64,000 bases of DNA from Camelus ferus (GCF_009834535.1 NC_045696.1:101434001-101498000); one strand, 5' to 3'. Positions 1 to 14,470 are shown, counted from the first letter of the stretch. The notes: generated from the sequence alone by a model not told the origin. Program-made: numbers and translations.

Positions 1-112
1 TTTAACATCTCTGTGCCTCAGTTTCTTCATCTGCAAAATGGGGGTTATAATAGTATCTACTGCTTACTGAGTTATAACATGAACAAAGTAAGCAGCACTC
101 AATAAATATCCT
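1..112 (+). mobile_element. MIR SINE fragment
   Basis: MIR core tctctgtgcctcagtttcttcatctgcaaaatgggg. Confidence 0.85.
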
Positions 113-282
113 TTAAATCATTTATTTATTTATATGTTTACCTTTACATAGCAAACTTGTGAACTGACTACTATGTGCTCTGTTACCTTTTCCATACAAT
201 TTTTTTCATGTCAGGTCACAGCTTTCAAAGTACTTTCATATGTATGGCTTCAACCCAACAATCAAGTTGATGCAGACAGAAT

Positions 283-390
283 AGGCTTTATCATTCCAGT
301 TTTACCGATGATGAAACTGAATCTACCAGAGATCATCAGCAAGAAAGAAGCAAGATCAAAACCTAAGCCTTCTGATTGCTGGTTCTGAAT
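283..390 (-). mobile_element. MIR fragment
   Basis: ttttaccgatgatgaaactga, reverse MIR core. Confidence 0.6.
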
Positions 391-442
391 TTTTCTGTGA
401 TGTCACTAATGAGAATCATTCTTGGGATCCTACCCTGCTTAC

Positions 443-461
443 CTTGAACACGTTTTCTAAC
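443..461 (-). pseudogene. Pseudo-microexon candidate (19 nt)
   Basis: tttttgctatacaag| acceptor, AAG|gtaagc donor. Confidence 0.3.
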
Positions 462-1054
462 CTTGTATAGCAAAAATAACATGTATAGTGTAAAAGACAT
501 TTTAAAGCCAATCATTAGAAATATTCCTGTAGGTAGTCTTGTTGAGACTGATATAGTATTGTTTTTAATAGAAAAGATAACCTACACATATATGCAATAT
601 CAGGAAAAAAGAAAACAGATTGGACAGAGTGATCAATTACAAAATTAATGAAGTAGATAACAAAAATTAAGAGATGATTACTCTACAATTTGAAATCATG
701 TCTTTAACAGTGAATTATAAGGATCTATAGGGAAGATTGACAGCTCAAGGCAACATCACACTGAAAGGACCTAGAAGGAAAAGAGAAATGTAGGTGGGAG
801 ATAATTCATTAGCTCTGTTACCTCAGGTTAATTCAGTGTAATGAGCTATTTTAATTCATCATTGTTTCCAAGGAAACTACGGTTGACTCATCTCATAGTT
901 TAATATCTTGGAATCACATATGCTATTTTATACCTGACATGAACATAATGGTTCTCACTCTACAATTCATCTATGGGCTTAACTCCCACATAGTATACAC
1001 CTTGATAGCAGTATCCATTTTCAGTAAAACTCTGAATTTAACCTGCATAATTAC

Positions 1055-1163
1055 CTAATATTTTTGGTCTTTTAGTATTATTTTCAGTGATCCAATGTCA
1101 AAAATAAAAACATATTCATCAACCAGGTGGCAAGATTATACTTATTTGCCTTTTCTTCCCATA
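1055..1163 (-). pseudogene. Pseudo-exon candidate (109 nt)
   Basis: ttttatgtcag| acceptor, TAG|gtaatt donor; stops in all frames. Confidence 0.3.
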
Positions 1164-1784
1164 CTGACATAAAATATATCACTAAGAAAAACTAAAATGT
1201 AGTTTGAATCATGCGTTATCAGCCCATGCCAGACAGCACGTGTGTAAGAGCAAAGGCAAAGTTTGGAGATTTTCAAACTGGACCACATGAAAACAATATC
1301 ATTTCTTTATTATATTTGCCCCAAATGCACCCAAATTATTAAGTAAAAGCTTTTTGAACGTTTAAGACATGAGATATCTGAAATCTTGTAAAAGCTGATA
1401 TTCATGATGTGAAATAATTCATTTAGCTATTGAAGGTATTTAATGCCTGGCCAGACACTCCTTTACTATGACCATGGACACAATGGTCTCTGGCTTCAAG
1501 AGATAACCTTCATGGAATCGGAAAGAGGGCTGGAGGGCTTTGCAATGGTAAGGCCCAGGTGATAGAGTCAGGGCACAAAAGGGCACAAACATCATCAGCT
1601 ATGCCCAAGGAGGGCAACCCAGGCAAAATGTCACTGCTTACAGAATTGTGCTTGAAGAAGACATATTTCCATTTGGTACCGATGCATGTCACACCTCTCC
1701 CCAGCTCTCTCCACTGAATTAATCTGGCTCCCTATTGCCCATGAGATAGGATCCAAAGTTTGTGGTATGGTTCCACCACACATA

Positions 1785-2160
1785 ACACACTGAACTACTG
1801 GCAGTTCCTCAAATATACCATAATTTTGCATAACAACATGACTTTAAATATGCTGCTCCCAGCAACTAGAAACACCTTTCCTCTATGATGACTTCTTCCA
1901 TATGTCTCACTATGCAACATAAGCATTGCCTTCTCTATGAAACTTTCACCTGATTACAGCAAGTGTTTACTTCCTCTATGCGTCTGTGCATATTCCTGAA
2001 ACAGCACTTACGTTGCATTATGATTATGGATTCATTACTCTTACACTAGAGTGTGACCTCCCTGAAGGCAGAGATTATTGCATTCATCTTCTTGGCTCCA
2101 GTGATTGGCATAATGCTCTGCCAATAACAAAAAATAACTTTTTTATTGAATTGTTAATGA
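1785..2160 (+). mobile_element. L2 LINE 3' fragment
   Basis: ctagagtgtgacctccctgaaggcagaga..., L2 3' end motif. Confidence 0.7.
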
Positions 2161-2789
2161 TTCCAACAGTTGGAAACAACATCAATAAATTAGTTAAATA
2201 AATAACCATGTATCTGGAGACTAAAATATTTTGTAGCTTTCAAATAGAATCAACTAGTTATGAATACTGGCATGCAAAGATCACCAAAATACAGAACAAA
2301 TGTTTAAACATAATATTAAGTGAAAATAGCAAGTTACATATAGTGTGATCCAATTTTTTAAGATTTTGTTAAGAGAGTGTGTGTGTGTATATATATATAA
2401 TGTGTATATTATGTGAATTCTAAAAATATTCTGAAAACCATATATACCAAACTCTTAAAGATGATAATGCCTAAAAGGCAGAATTATGAAACACAGGCCT
2501 TATGTTTATAACTCTCTGTTGTTTTAAGTTTTTTAATAACGAAAAGGTAATTAATTTTGAAAGAAGAAAGTAACAATAAGGATAAATATATACAAAATTA
2601 GGCTTCATCATTAGATGAAACCTCAGACCCAGTAAAGTGAATGTCCAACTCAACTATTCTTGAATCAGACAATCTTGGAAGCTCGAGTGCCATTTAATAG
2701 CGTCTCCTTGTAAATGGAAAAAGAACGGTAGTGGTGAAAGCACAGCAAGAGGTCTATAAATGTCCCCCGAAAGCATTTTATACATTTTA

Positions 2790-3155
2790 AGCTGAGCTAG
2801 AGAACATTAGGGTGGGGAGCTGAAGCTGTCTTCAAATTCTTGAAGAGCTATTTTATGGCAGGGGTATTTAAATATGTCCCATTTTGGCCTGGGGGTTTTA
2901 CTAAAGTGAGTATGTGAAACTTACAGCGAGAGAAATTTAGATTTGGTATAAAAGGAGACCTTTTCTATGGTCATAATTCTACAAAGATAGAAACAATCGG
3001 CTGCATGGCTTCCTCATATTCACAATTTCTGAAGTTATTCAGATACAATCTGGGAAAAACACATGTTGGAGAACTTGTGCAGAAACTCACAGTCTGCTTG
3101 AAAGGGAGTTACATACCCTCTAGGCTCCCTTCCAGCACTGAGATTATGCTATTGT
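2790..3155 (+). mobile_element. CR1/L3 LINE 3' fragment
   Basis: gctgtcttcaaattcttgaagagct ... ctcccttccagcactgagatt. Confidence 0.6.
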
Positions 3156-3306
3156 GAGACCAGAAGTTTCTGAAAGGGTTTTAAATTATTAGGACATGAA
3201 AAGCGTTTCTACTAAAAGTTATTCCTCTTATGAAATTTGGTTCAGATTACACAGCAAAATGAAAAGGAAGTCTGGAGACACAGTTCTGTTCCAAAATTTC
3301 CAGTAA

Positions 3307-4051
3307 ATTCATTCATTCATAAATTCAAAATTTATTGAGTGTCCGCTATGTGTCAAGAGTGTACATGGGAAAAATAAAGGAAAAAAGGCATAGTCCAAGT
3401 AGTTTGTCCTCTGATGAGGATAAAAAATGTAACTATTATAATAAAAGGTAACTTGTAAATCAATAAAGGTACACACTCGGCTCTGTGGTGATCAGAGGAG
3501 AGGAAGGACCCTATCAAGGAGTTCTGAGAGGCGCAAGGGTAGAGGTATGCAGAGGCAGGCAAGGGCGAGAAAAACACGTAGACCTGAGGAAATGTAAACA
3601 GTTTAATACGGCCAGCGCTTAGAATCCACATAATTGAAGATGAAACTAAACGAATCAAAGTCAGATTAGGATGGATTTTGAATACCATTTTAAGAAATGT
3701 GGGCTTTTCTTTGAGGACAATTGGAGTCATAGAAAGAACTGTAATCAAGAAACTAATATCAGGTTTGTACTTTAGAAAGAACCACCTGTCAGCTAAATGA
3801 AGGAAGAGATAGTGGAAATTTTGATAAGAACGGAAAGGCAGTTAAGGAGTGGCCAAGGGAATAGAGACAAAAGAAAAAGAAAGGAGAGCCAATAAGAAGA
3901 TAGAATCAAACAGTTTGAGTGACTAATTGGAAAGTAGCAAAATTAAGTAGGACTACAAGGAGTCTGGGCTTTGTAACAGGTGAGACTAGCCAAGATAAGG
4001 AAGGCAAAAAGAAAAAAATAAAAGTTCTTCCTGAGGAAAAATTAGAAAACG

Positions 4052-4094
<43 letters not shown>

Positions 4095-4390
4095 CAACAA
4101 CAACAATGAACATTAACCACACAACAACTCCTCCTGTTGGAGTTATTAAGAGAACTAACAAAGATGTCCTGGACACACTCGGAGATGCTGTTTTGGAACT
4201 CGATTTAAAGATCTGAGCTGGAGACACATATCTGGGAGTCCTCAGAACACAGATGTTAGAGGAATCAATGGCTAGAGATGATACTGGCAGAAAAAGAGAC
4301 TATAACCAGACGTGGAGCATGGACTGAAATCTGTAGTCCTCATCTACGTAGGAGAAAGGAGAGGTAATGGCTAATGGGTCAGATACCACG
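3307..4390 (-). mobile_element. L2 LINE fragments
   Basis: attcattcattc...tttattgagtg tail followed by L2-like body. Confidence 0.7.
4055..4106. repeat. (CA)n then (CAA)n microsatellite
   Basis: Directly visible. Confidence 0.95.
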
Positions 4391-5744
4391 ACTAACCTTA
4401 CAACTGAAAGTAACTTGCAATGCAAGACAAATCATAAGAAGCATATTTTTAAGAACTTCATTGAGAGAGAAAGAAAAACTCATCAGCAGCTAAAACAAAT
4501 TGAAAGTGGGAATCTAAATGGTACATAGAAAACTGAAGCTATCTTCACTCCAAGGAAATTTGCTTAAAGCGACTGACAGGGCACTTGGCTTTTAATATCC
4601 GCTCAAGGTGCAAGGAGCAAAAAACAAAACCTAGGGCCAGCCCAATTTGGGTATTCTAGTAGACACTCCTATAAAAGCTGAGTTCTCCGGTATTCCATCC
4701 TCAGAATGACGATAAACAAAAACAATTGATCACCTCCTGAAAAAAAGCAGGCAGGAAGGAAATTTTCCATCTTCAACTTTGATGCAAAGTGGAGAAAGAG
4801 GAAAAAAAATACTCTCTTTAAGAATTCATAAGCACAACCTCGGCCTTGCTGATAATACCTAGGTGTTCCAGAGACCCCATGCTGAGGATTTAGTTTCAGA
4901 TTGTTCCCAATCCCAGAAAATGAGGAGAAGCAAGTACAATCCTTTTTGGTAGAATGCACTCATCTTGGCCTTAAAGAAATCCTACTGACAAACTTCAAGA
5001 AATGAGATTAGCAACAAAAATCAAGAATGAATAAGGAAGACATATAATTATGTGAGAGCCAGAAGAAACAATGGGCAGCAGAATCAGACCTACAATACTT
5101 CATATGTTGGAATTACCAGGCACAGAACAGAAAATAGGTACAATGAAAATGGCTAAATAAGTAAAATGTTTTGAAATGGGATAAAAGAGCAAAACTCTAA
5201 AAAATGACCAGACACATTTAAAAAAAAAGAGTCAAACAAATCTTCTAGAAGCTCAACTAAAAAAATTCACTAGAGAAATTCAAATAAAGTTGACAGATTA
5301 AGTAAATGCATCTAATATCTCTCCCTTCTGAAACCTGTGACAAGGTCCATATACCCACAAGGATGGTGAGTCCAAGAGAAGAAATGCTATCAAGATTTTG
5401 GAAAATCTGGAAAAACTGGGAAAATAGCCCAACAAATGGTAACAGCCAGAGTTGAGTCAAAAAAAAAAAAAAAAAAAAGCTGTATTTTAAATGGGAAGTG
5501 GGAAAAAAATGGAAAACTAATTCATTTTATACTTCAGAAATCCCCAAAGTGTCAAAAAATGAGTGATACCAGCTACCACTGGGAGTGAGGTGCTGCTGGA
5601 GGTATAAAACACTAATGATTTGTTGAGATATGTTAAGTAATTACTTATATTCTCCAGATTCCCTTCCCTATTTCACATAAGTGCCTTCCTTTATAAGACT
5701 GCTGAATCTCTTATCTTGGAATATTAGACATGCATATGAAGGAC

Positions 5745-5975
5745 AGATTGGGAATTGCCAAAGAGGGAGGTGTTGGTGGGTAGGGGATAGGTGAAATGGG
5801 TGAAGGAGGTTAAAAAGTACAAGCTTCCAGCTATAAAGCAAATAAGTCATGGGGATGTAATTTACAGCATGATGACTGTAGTTAAAACACTATACTGTAT
5901 ATTTGAAAGTTGCTAAGAGAGTAAATATCACAAGTTCTCATCCAAAAAAATTAATTAATTAACTAATAAAAAACA
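5745..5975 (+). mobile_element. L1MA-type 3' end
   Basis: aaataagtcatggggatgtaatttacagcatg...gaaagttgctaagagagta. Confidence 0.8.
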
Positions 5976-6779
5976 CAGAGAATTAAGCAAATTTAAACAT
6001 GCCACTTGCCAGGAGATACCACCTTTTCCAAAACCCTTTCCCGTTCCCCACTTGAAACACTACACCTCTTACACAGCCTGCCTCCCAGAATGCTGGTAAC
6101 CAGGTCTTTACTCTCCAGAAAAAGCTGGAAAATCTAACAACCTTAAATGAAAGACCTAAAATTCTGATATCAGAAGTGTCCCAAATGAAAGTTCCTAACA
6201 TATCACCCTCCAATGAAGCTTATTGTCAACATTTCATCCTTCTTGACCATGTGCAGAGAACCAGCAATCAGCACACAACTTGGGAAAGCCTCTAACACAA
6301 GAGGTAGAGACAAAAGCAAATATACAGGAAGGAGTACCCTGATGGAGCAGAGAGGATGCATGGGAAGAAAACTTTAATATCCTTCAATAAATAGGAAAGA
6401 TGATAAACCATAAAATAAGAATACGATGCTAAATGTAAAATGGAATGTAAAATGATTAAATATAAAAATGTAAAATGTAAAAAGAAATGTTCAGGGGAAT
6501 TAAAAAAAAAGCTCTTGTGATTAGAAACATAATAGCAGAAATGAAACACTTTATAGATGTGCTGAAAGATGGAGTCAAATTAAAGTCTGAGCCAAAAAGA
6601 AAGACCAGTGCAGATGTAGCTTCCAGATGATGGAAGTTCCAAAAAGAGAGAACAGAGGAAACTGAGAGGGGAGGTAATCATCAAAATTCATTTGGGAGTA
6701 TTTCCCACAACTGAGAGATATGAGTTTCTACAAAGACCTTTTAATAGCTAAATTCTCAATTCTTATCATAAGAAGCCAA

Positions 6780-7372
6780 CAAATAATTTCTAAACTGACC
6801 AGTGATAAGGATGCACTGTAATCCTATTATTTAGAAATACAGAGACAAGTGCTGTATAATCAAGCCACTCAAGACAGTGGTTCTCTTGCTTTCTGTGCAT
6901 CCCCTGCTGAACCAGTCCCTGCTTCACCTACACCCTACTCACCTGACTGACCTTCCCTCTTAATCACAGAGCCTAATCAGGAATTGCCTACTTACCTGCC
7001 CCCCTCCCCGCCCCCCTCCCCTGCCCCACCTAGTTTGTTCTAATCTTTGGATCAGAATGGCTCCACTAAACTTTGACAGTTTATCAAAAGGGCTATGAGC
7101 AATATGCCCCTCTACTGGTTTCCCTGGTAACCGATGAGCCAACCTGACATCAATTCCCCCAATAACTGGTAACCTTCCTCTCCCAGTGGGAGCAAAGACT
7201 GCTGCCATGCCCTGCCTCTCATCCACCGTACACAATGGAATGCAACTCCTGGACCTTGCTTTGGACATGTAAGGCCCCCCGTCCATCAAACCACTGACTA
7301 ATCTGTTGCTGACTCTGGGTTCTTTCTTCTGGGCAGGCACAGGGCTTGCAGGCCTGCAGGGTGCAGCCCAAC
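6780..7372 (+). mobile_element. ERVL-type solo LTR (MER73/MER74-like)
   Basis: Ends ...gggcttgcaggcctgcagggtgcagcccaaca; family recalled from memory, 5' boundary approximate. Confidence 0.55.
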
Positions 7373-10300
7373 AAATGTGAAAATAATCAGATAAAAGAAT
7401 CAAAATAACTGTTTTTGAGAATAGGGAAATGATCAGGGAGAGGCCCTAGGGACAGCTGTTTTTCATGGTTTGTGGAATTATTTGATTCTTTATGCACATT
7501 TATTAATTAGATAAAAATAAAAATGCAGAATATTACATAACCTTGAATGGCTAGGTTTAATGGCAGATTCAACCCATACAGATGAAAAAAGAACTAATTA
7601 ACTAGAAAAAATTATTTGAATGTAGTACAGAGAGATAGGGATAGAAAATATGAGGAGGTTAAGACAAGGAGAAGGTATGTGAAGGTCTATTATATGTCTA
7701 GTTAGAGTCCTAGGAGAACAGAGAGGGGCTGAGGGAGAGGCAGGTTTTGATGCATTATGACAGTTTTCTGGAACTAACAGAAGACTCCAAAGCTTAGATT
7801 TAGAAATCTCAAAGAAAGGTCAGAGAGAAACCAGAAGGCAAGAGTGTCATGGAATCTAAAGAAATATATATATATATATATAAGCTCTGGATCCACAATT
7901 CTGGATATTTTTCTATCCTGTCAGTATATCTTGACTGAAAAGTATAAACGTATTTGGTTAGATTCTTAAGAAACATGATTTACTATGCAAAACATCTCAA
8001 AGTTGAGAATCACATGTATAGACACACATAAAGTTGACAGTTTGGAGGCTAATGCTACTGGTAAACTCAACTGGAATCGATCAAGCTGATTTCTGACTAT
8101 AGGCATTGCTTCATAGCTAGAAAGGAAAAAACATTTCCCTTTTGACAGTCTCCCTAGGATATGTTTGCTGAGATATAATGGAAAAGAAACTTTAAACATA
8201 TTCGAGCTTGGCCCACATGAGGCCATAGCTAATTGAAGAATGGAAGCATCAGGGAATCAGGCCTTTGTTTTGCTTACACGATAAAAACCAGTCTAACTCA
8301 TTCAACATATTAAATTAGTCATTTTGGCATCATGTAGACAAAAACCCTGGTTATCTAATTAGGGAGTTAATTTCCTTTTCTCTTTCCTTAGCAACCTGGT
8401 TTCTGTCTGTTGATCACCCACTCATGATTAGTTTCTACTTGGATGATCAGGTATAATTTAGGCTGTGCAAGTATCATTTCAAAATGGTTAACCCTGCATC
8501 AGACGGCAGTGAAATTCTCTTGCCCTCAAAATTTTATATGATTTAAAAAGTTAATGGGCATGGCTGTTAGAATTATGTGAAAGGTACAGGCAACAAAGAA
8601 ACACAGATTAAAAAAAAAACTGATTCATTTCTTAATTTAAAGTAGTTCTTTTGCAGTTGCCACAAGTCAATAAAACACTGCCTTAATTGGCAGCAAATGC
8701 TGCTTGTTAAAACTACCACAAACTATAGTAAAATGCAAAACATCACAATACCTGTACTAACGCAAGCAGATGTCAGGTGGGGATGGAAAATGGGAATAAG
8801 ATCTGTGAACAAGCGACAAGTCTCTCTTGGAAGGAGGTTGCTAATTAAACACACTAAGTCCGCACCTTGGCAATATGATAGTTTAACGAACACTTCTTCA
8901 GTGGATATTTGATAGGGTACAGAGGCTCACTGGTGCCTTTATTTCACAACTTTTGGCTTGTCACATCTAAGTGGTGAAAGAATAGTTTTTTCATTTGCAG
9001 GAGAATATTATAAACATCACTCTCCTAAATGTTCTTCTGGAATGACCTCAGTATTACACTGGGTACCACAAATATCTCCTATTGACTTTTTAGGATAGCA
9101 TCTTTTTTGGGGGGTTACCCTTCTTTTCTCATATGCTGAAAAAACCTGTATAACTTCCTTCAGGTATCTCATTGTTTATTTCTCCCTCTTCAAATCAATA
9201 TGTTAAGTGTGGATGGGAGAAAACAACCCATCTTAATTCTTCTTGCTTCAGCCAGGTTCCTCCATGATGCAGAAGAGTTCACTAAATTAAACGGAAAGCT
9301 AAGAAGCACAGCAGTCTGTCTGGGGAATGCCATGTGACAGCCCCCGAGGGAACGGCAATAGGCATGAATAATGTCTATTCAATTCGAAGCTGCAGTTGAA
9401 GTAAATGGATTGTTAATGAATTTTGCTATTTATCTTTGTTTTGTTTTGGCCTCAGTCGATGAAGATAAGCAGTCAAGATGATGAGCAGTGGGTCCTGGCT
9501 GATTCTATTGAAAATCCAATTAAAAGGTTCTTCTCATCTTAGATTATATTGGAATTCTAAAACACAAGGATGCTTCCATTAGGTAGGACAACCGTAATTC
9601 AAAGAAGTGCTAGGAAAAGAAGTGGTGTTTAATTGCTTGTCAATAGGCTATTGTTTAATGTCATTCACCTCAAATCAAACTTGCCCAAAGACAAATGTTC
9701 CTGCTTTTATTAGCTGTACTCTGTGACACAGCATTCAAATAAACTAAGGACTAATAAATCAAAGTGAAGGGATTTGAACCACAGCATCTACTCTTTCTGG
9801 GCATCCATGATGTACAAATGATTACTTCTTATTAAAATCCCCAATAAATAAAAGAACATTGCTTGAAGGCATGAAAATAAATTGTTTGCCATTACTCTGA
9901 ACACATCACCATTTTTAGTATTATTTTACATGTGAAAAACTAGAACTCCTCTAGACTCTCATAATTTCCAGTATTTACATTGAACCAGGTATATTATAAT
10001 AATACGTGTGTCTTTGACACAAACGTTTTCCCTTAGAAATCATATTTTATTTACTTTTGCATTCCCATTTGAAACTGTTAACATAAGCAGTTACTTAATG
10101 TGGGAAGACAGAGTGAATGGATGAATGAATGCACGGAGAGCTGGGAGTCTTGGAGGTCTGCCTGTCAGTGTCAGAAAGTCAGGCCAGGCAGACTAGCATT
10201 TGCTCCTCACTTCTGACGTAGCATCTCACTTTAGTTCTTATTTTCCCTCTTGTTTCCATGCTCCTTCACCCTCTCTTCATTTCTTCAAGCAAACGAGAGT

Positions 10301-11401
10301 TTATGAGCACCTATTAGGGCTATGCTAATTGTACTCACTGTTTCTTCCTCAGTAAACTTCCTTCCTGACATAGATGATGAGACAGCACAAATATGAATAT
10401 TAATGTTATATCCTAAGAGTAATGCAAATGAAGTTGTATGACAGCCTCCATCTTTTCAATGACACCATTAATTTACCACATTTCCTTAATCCTAAAACAG
10501 TATTGATTTTTAAGGCGTATCAATTTAGGAACAGCATTTTGAGAGACATTATAGTAAAATGTTCACTACTCAACAACAGTATATACTTATCTTTAAAATT
10601 CCATGCCAGTTTGTCCATTAATAGCCACATTTAAGCCATGACACGTTCTAAGTCTAAAGATAGCTCTGATGAATTTTGACCATCAGTGAATAAGCAGAGC
10701 ATCACCGTGATAAGCAGTGAACATGATCCTAATCACTTTAGCAATCTTAGAAACAACAGTGTAATTTTGAAACACATCTGATAATCCTAGAGGTATTCTC
10801 CATTCACTATTTGGCTGAACTCATAGTTACTTGTTTTGTTTTCGTATGGCTGTTAATTAAATGACTGATCGTCCCTCAGGACTCAAAAATTGGTCCCAGG
10901 AACCTCATCTAGTTCTGAAAAGTCTATGATCAATTCCAAGAGTTTTGGCAACACTACTGTCCTGAATTACAAGGGATGGCAAAAGACAAGTCATCACCTA
11001 GATCCGCGGTAACTTTTCATTACAATGCTCCCTAGGGGTATAATCGTTTTGAGGACATTTTAAATAACAAATGCAGGTACAAATTTAAAATTCAAGCAGC
11101 TCTGATGGTACTGAGACAAATAACTCTTCTGTTGTTGTCTGATGAAACAGCAGTCAGATAACAGATGCCTTCAATTCTTGGCCATGTTACCGTGAGCTCA
11201 GAAATGACAATGACTTTAGAATTTACTTCACGGCCCAGCAGCATATAAGCATCTTTTGACATCAGTTATATGTTGACATCAATCAAAAGATGTTTCCCAA
11301 TTTTGGCAACGTTAAAATTAAATTATTATTATTTTTTTAGAATTGAAATAAATATGATCCATAACTTGTGATTTAATAAAACTACATTCCCATTTTTATA
11401 C

Positions 11402-11508
11402 CTGCGTAATACACTGGACACATTTCACATTTTTTGATGCACCCAGGTTGTTGCTGTACTAGACCAACAGAGTTGCACCTCTCTGATTTTGGCAAAAGTA
11501 TCGATCTT
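11402..11508 (-). pseudogene. Pseudo-exon candidate (107 nt), frame ambiguous
   Basis: ttttatgtag| acceptor, CAG|gtataa donor. Confidence 0.3.
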
Positions 11509-14229
11509 CTACATAAAATCATTAGGAATCTTTCTAAGAGACCTCCCAGGGCAAGGAGGAAGGCTCAGTCTGAGTTGCTTCTTGCTCATGTAAATGCTGT
11601 ACGTAAGTCAGACGTATACACACACAAAACAGGTGAAATTCCCAAGCAGCTGAACTTTGACTTGCTGATAACAACTTTCCAACTTAACTCAAGGTCTCAG
11701 TATAAAGGCAGCAGATAAATAAAAGAGAAGTTAAACATTCTGAAAATGGGTACAGGGAGTCTATGGATGCCACTAAGGACAACCACAACAAAAAGAGACC
11801 ATACAAGGGACATCTCGTTCAGAAGCTGATAAATACAGGTTCAGATCTGCTCTTTTAAGGTAACAAAATAATATCCGAGGGAAAATATTTACAAGGGTTA
11901 TTTGAAAATGGGATAGGTTCTGTGGCTAAAGTGGACTGTTGATAATAATTGGCAACTATTTGGAAAAGAAGAGAAGCAGTAATTGAAGCCCTAAAAACAT
12001 GAATTGCTATTAAAAATAATTACCAAAAATTAAATTGGAACTTGTGTTCAAGCTTAACAAATTTTGCACATGCAGCCATCAGTCTCTTTATCAAGCACAT
12101 GCTCCTTGTCTAATGTGACTAGGTCCAGCTAGCTCTGTATTGGGCACCTTGGACCACCCTTACCCTAGCCTTGTTCTCAATCACCAATCCTAAAGCACTT
12201 TGAATCCTACAATCTAATTTGTTCTGCATCTCTGCAGTTTCCGACTGTATGATTTTTCTTCCCATTTATGGCCTTGCTTCTGCCTTCAGACTACAGATTC
12301 ACTCCTATGCTCTTGTTGTCCAAGGCATCTATTAACGTCAATTATTTTTTTTCTGTATCTATATGGTCTTCAACAGCCCTGGGTGATGACCTGCATATTT
12401 GAACCCTCTGTCTCACTGCACCTCTCCATGGGCACTGCTCTCTTCTGTTTTGGATGGACCTTCAGTGAGACCCATCTCAATGGAGTTAATAGGGGATCAC
12501 TATTTCCTACAATGATGAGAATAAGATTGAGTAGTAAAAGCAAAGTTTAAATACAATAGGAAAACCTCTAAGATAAAAGAAGCTGTTCTCAAAATTTCAT
12601 ATATTTTCTTAATAATGTCTAGAGTATAACTCATGAATAAAGACTAAGTTCCCAAAATTTTAAAGGCATAAAAAGTGCCAGACTATGAAATATTTATCCA
12701 ATATCAATCCTATCTCTGTATCATCTGCCATCATAAAATCAACAGAATGCATGGATTCTACAAAATAAATCATTCATTTAAAATTATATTGAATTAAATT
12801 TATATATAAACACACAGAGATAAACATGGCTAAGATTACTTAGCTATATTGACCTAGTATGAACAAATAAATAAAATAACTGTATATCAACAATTATAAA
12901 AGTATATGCTTAGAGAGCAAATCTTATGCAACTCTAAATAATGTTAATTGCTTGGATTTGAAATTATTAGAACAAAATAGGTTTAACTTTTTTTCTATGA
13001 AAGAATTAACTTTATTTTGAAATTTATACCATAAGTAAGTACCCCAACAGGTTTCAAACGACACCTTCAATACCTTGATTTGAAGCCTGGACTCCTTAGT
13101 CAAAAATAGCAAAATAAATCTCCAGGAGAGAAAACTCCCTTCAATTTTAGAAACTCTTATTTTGCATAAACTGCTTGTACAACATTAGTCTTAATAAGCA
13201 TAGATTTTAATTTCATTCAAAATGGCATTTGTAGGAAATGCAAATATATGTTGGAAAGAGTTATCAAGCTTATAGCTTGGGCAAGTAAAAGAAAACTAAG
13301 GTTAAGTATTCTGCTCTGCTCTCAAAATAATTCCACGGGGACTAAAGTTAATTTGAAACAAAATCTGGAGGTTTGCACAGACTTGGAGAAACTGATTTCT
13401 GTAACTAGTATCACCCACCACTAGTGGCCAAGAGTCCAGATGGGTTCTAAAGTTAAACATGCTTATTCTGAGCCGTTAGTGCCGTTGCCAGACCACTAAA
13501 AATTCAGAGATAATCAGCCATTTGTTGGGAACCTCAGGCACAAACCTGTGGTTGGAGAGAGAAACAGAGAAACACATATTTCCAAATATTATCTCATAGT
13601 TATTCAGCTGCAGGTCTGGAATCACTTGATTACCTCTGAACTGAGTAAACCCTGAAGTGCTCTTACCAAATGACCACGGTGCAAAATAGGGAAGCATCCA
13701 TCATCGCTCTCGCCTCTGATTTGTTTCTCATCATCCCAAAATAGAATGGGAAATGTTGCTGCATTTTAAACTAATCCATTAATAACTGATTATTATAGAT
13801 AGGAATTGGGGGACTGTGTACACGTATATAAAAGGGGAATATACGTATTCCCTGAGATGGGGGAGCTGACTCTGTCATCCGACCCCCTCCACCAGGAAAC
13901 ATTCTCTCTTTGAACACCATGGGGGATGCCGCAGGCTGGGGATGGAGCCTGTTCCTGAATCGTCTATGAATGGTCTTGAACTGAGGAGTTTAAGTTTCAG
14001 GGAAAAAAGCCTACAATGGCGTACAAAAGGAAGGAAAATCCCATCCATTTGAAAAGAGTATAAAAGGCATATCACAATAGACCTACAGGAATAGGAAAGC
14101 TTTTAGCAGGTCAACAAGGATGAAATAGCATGCTTATCAGAGGGAACAACAGAGCCGGAGAGGTTTAAGTTTAGGAAATAACCATCCAGATGCCAGAGAG
14201 TAATAACAGCCCCCTCCAACTTCTAAGAA

Positions 14230-14470
14230 CTGCATGCCAGGTACAGCCAATATTCCACACAGTTACACCTAATAACTCGTCTAATTTCTGCAATAATACT
14301 ACGGACAAAACAGTATTAACATCACCATCATTTTACAGATGAAGAAATTAAGGCACAAGGTATTTTCCATAACTTGCCTCAGAGAACACCACTAACAAAT
14401 GCAGGAGCTGGAATGTGAGCTGAGGCTGAGTGATTGTGGGGCCCACGTTCCTAACCACTAGGCTGTACTA
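14230..14470 (-). mobile_element. MIR SINE
   Basis: ttttacagatgaagaaattaaggcaca. Confidence 0.8.

Larger units (their letters stand above)
4400..7810 (+). mobile_element. Old L1/HAL1-like 5' and ORF1 remnants, interrupted by younger inserts
   Basis: A-rich ORF1-like text (gttccaaaaagagagaacagagg); boundaries approximate. Confidence 0.5.

Noticed and set aside
3353..4227. ORFs of 131 aa and CV/TH-repeat peptides
   Set aside because: They derive from an L2 remnant and the (CA)n microsatellite.
6960..7403. Longest ORF (147 aa)
   Set aside because: It lies antisense within an LTR and matches no family I recognise.
13411..13430. CTCF-like ggccactagtgg
   Set aside because: It lacks the GGGGC/GGCGC half of the core motif.
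13822..13848. TATAAAAG overlapping a short inverted repeat
   Set aside because: No other promoter evidence; this is expected by chance in AT-rich DNA.
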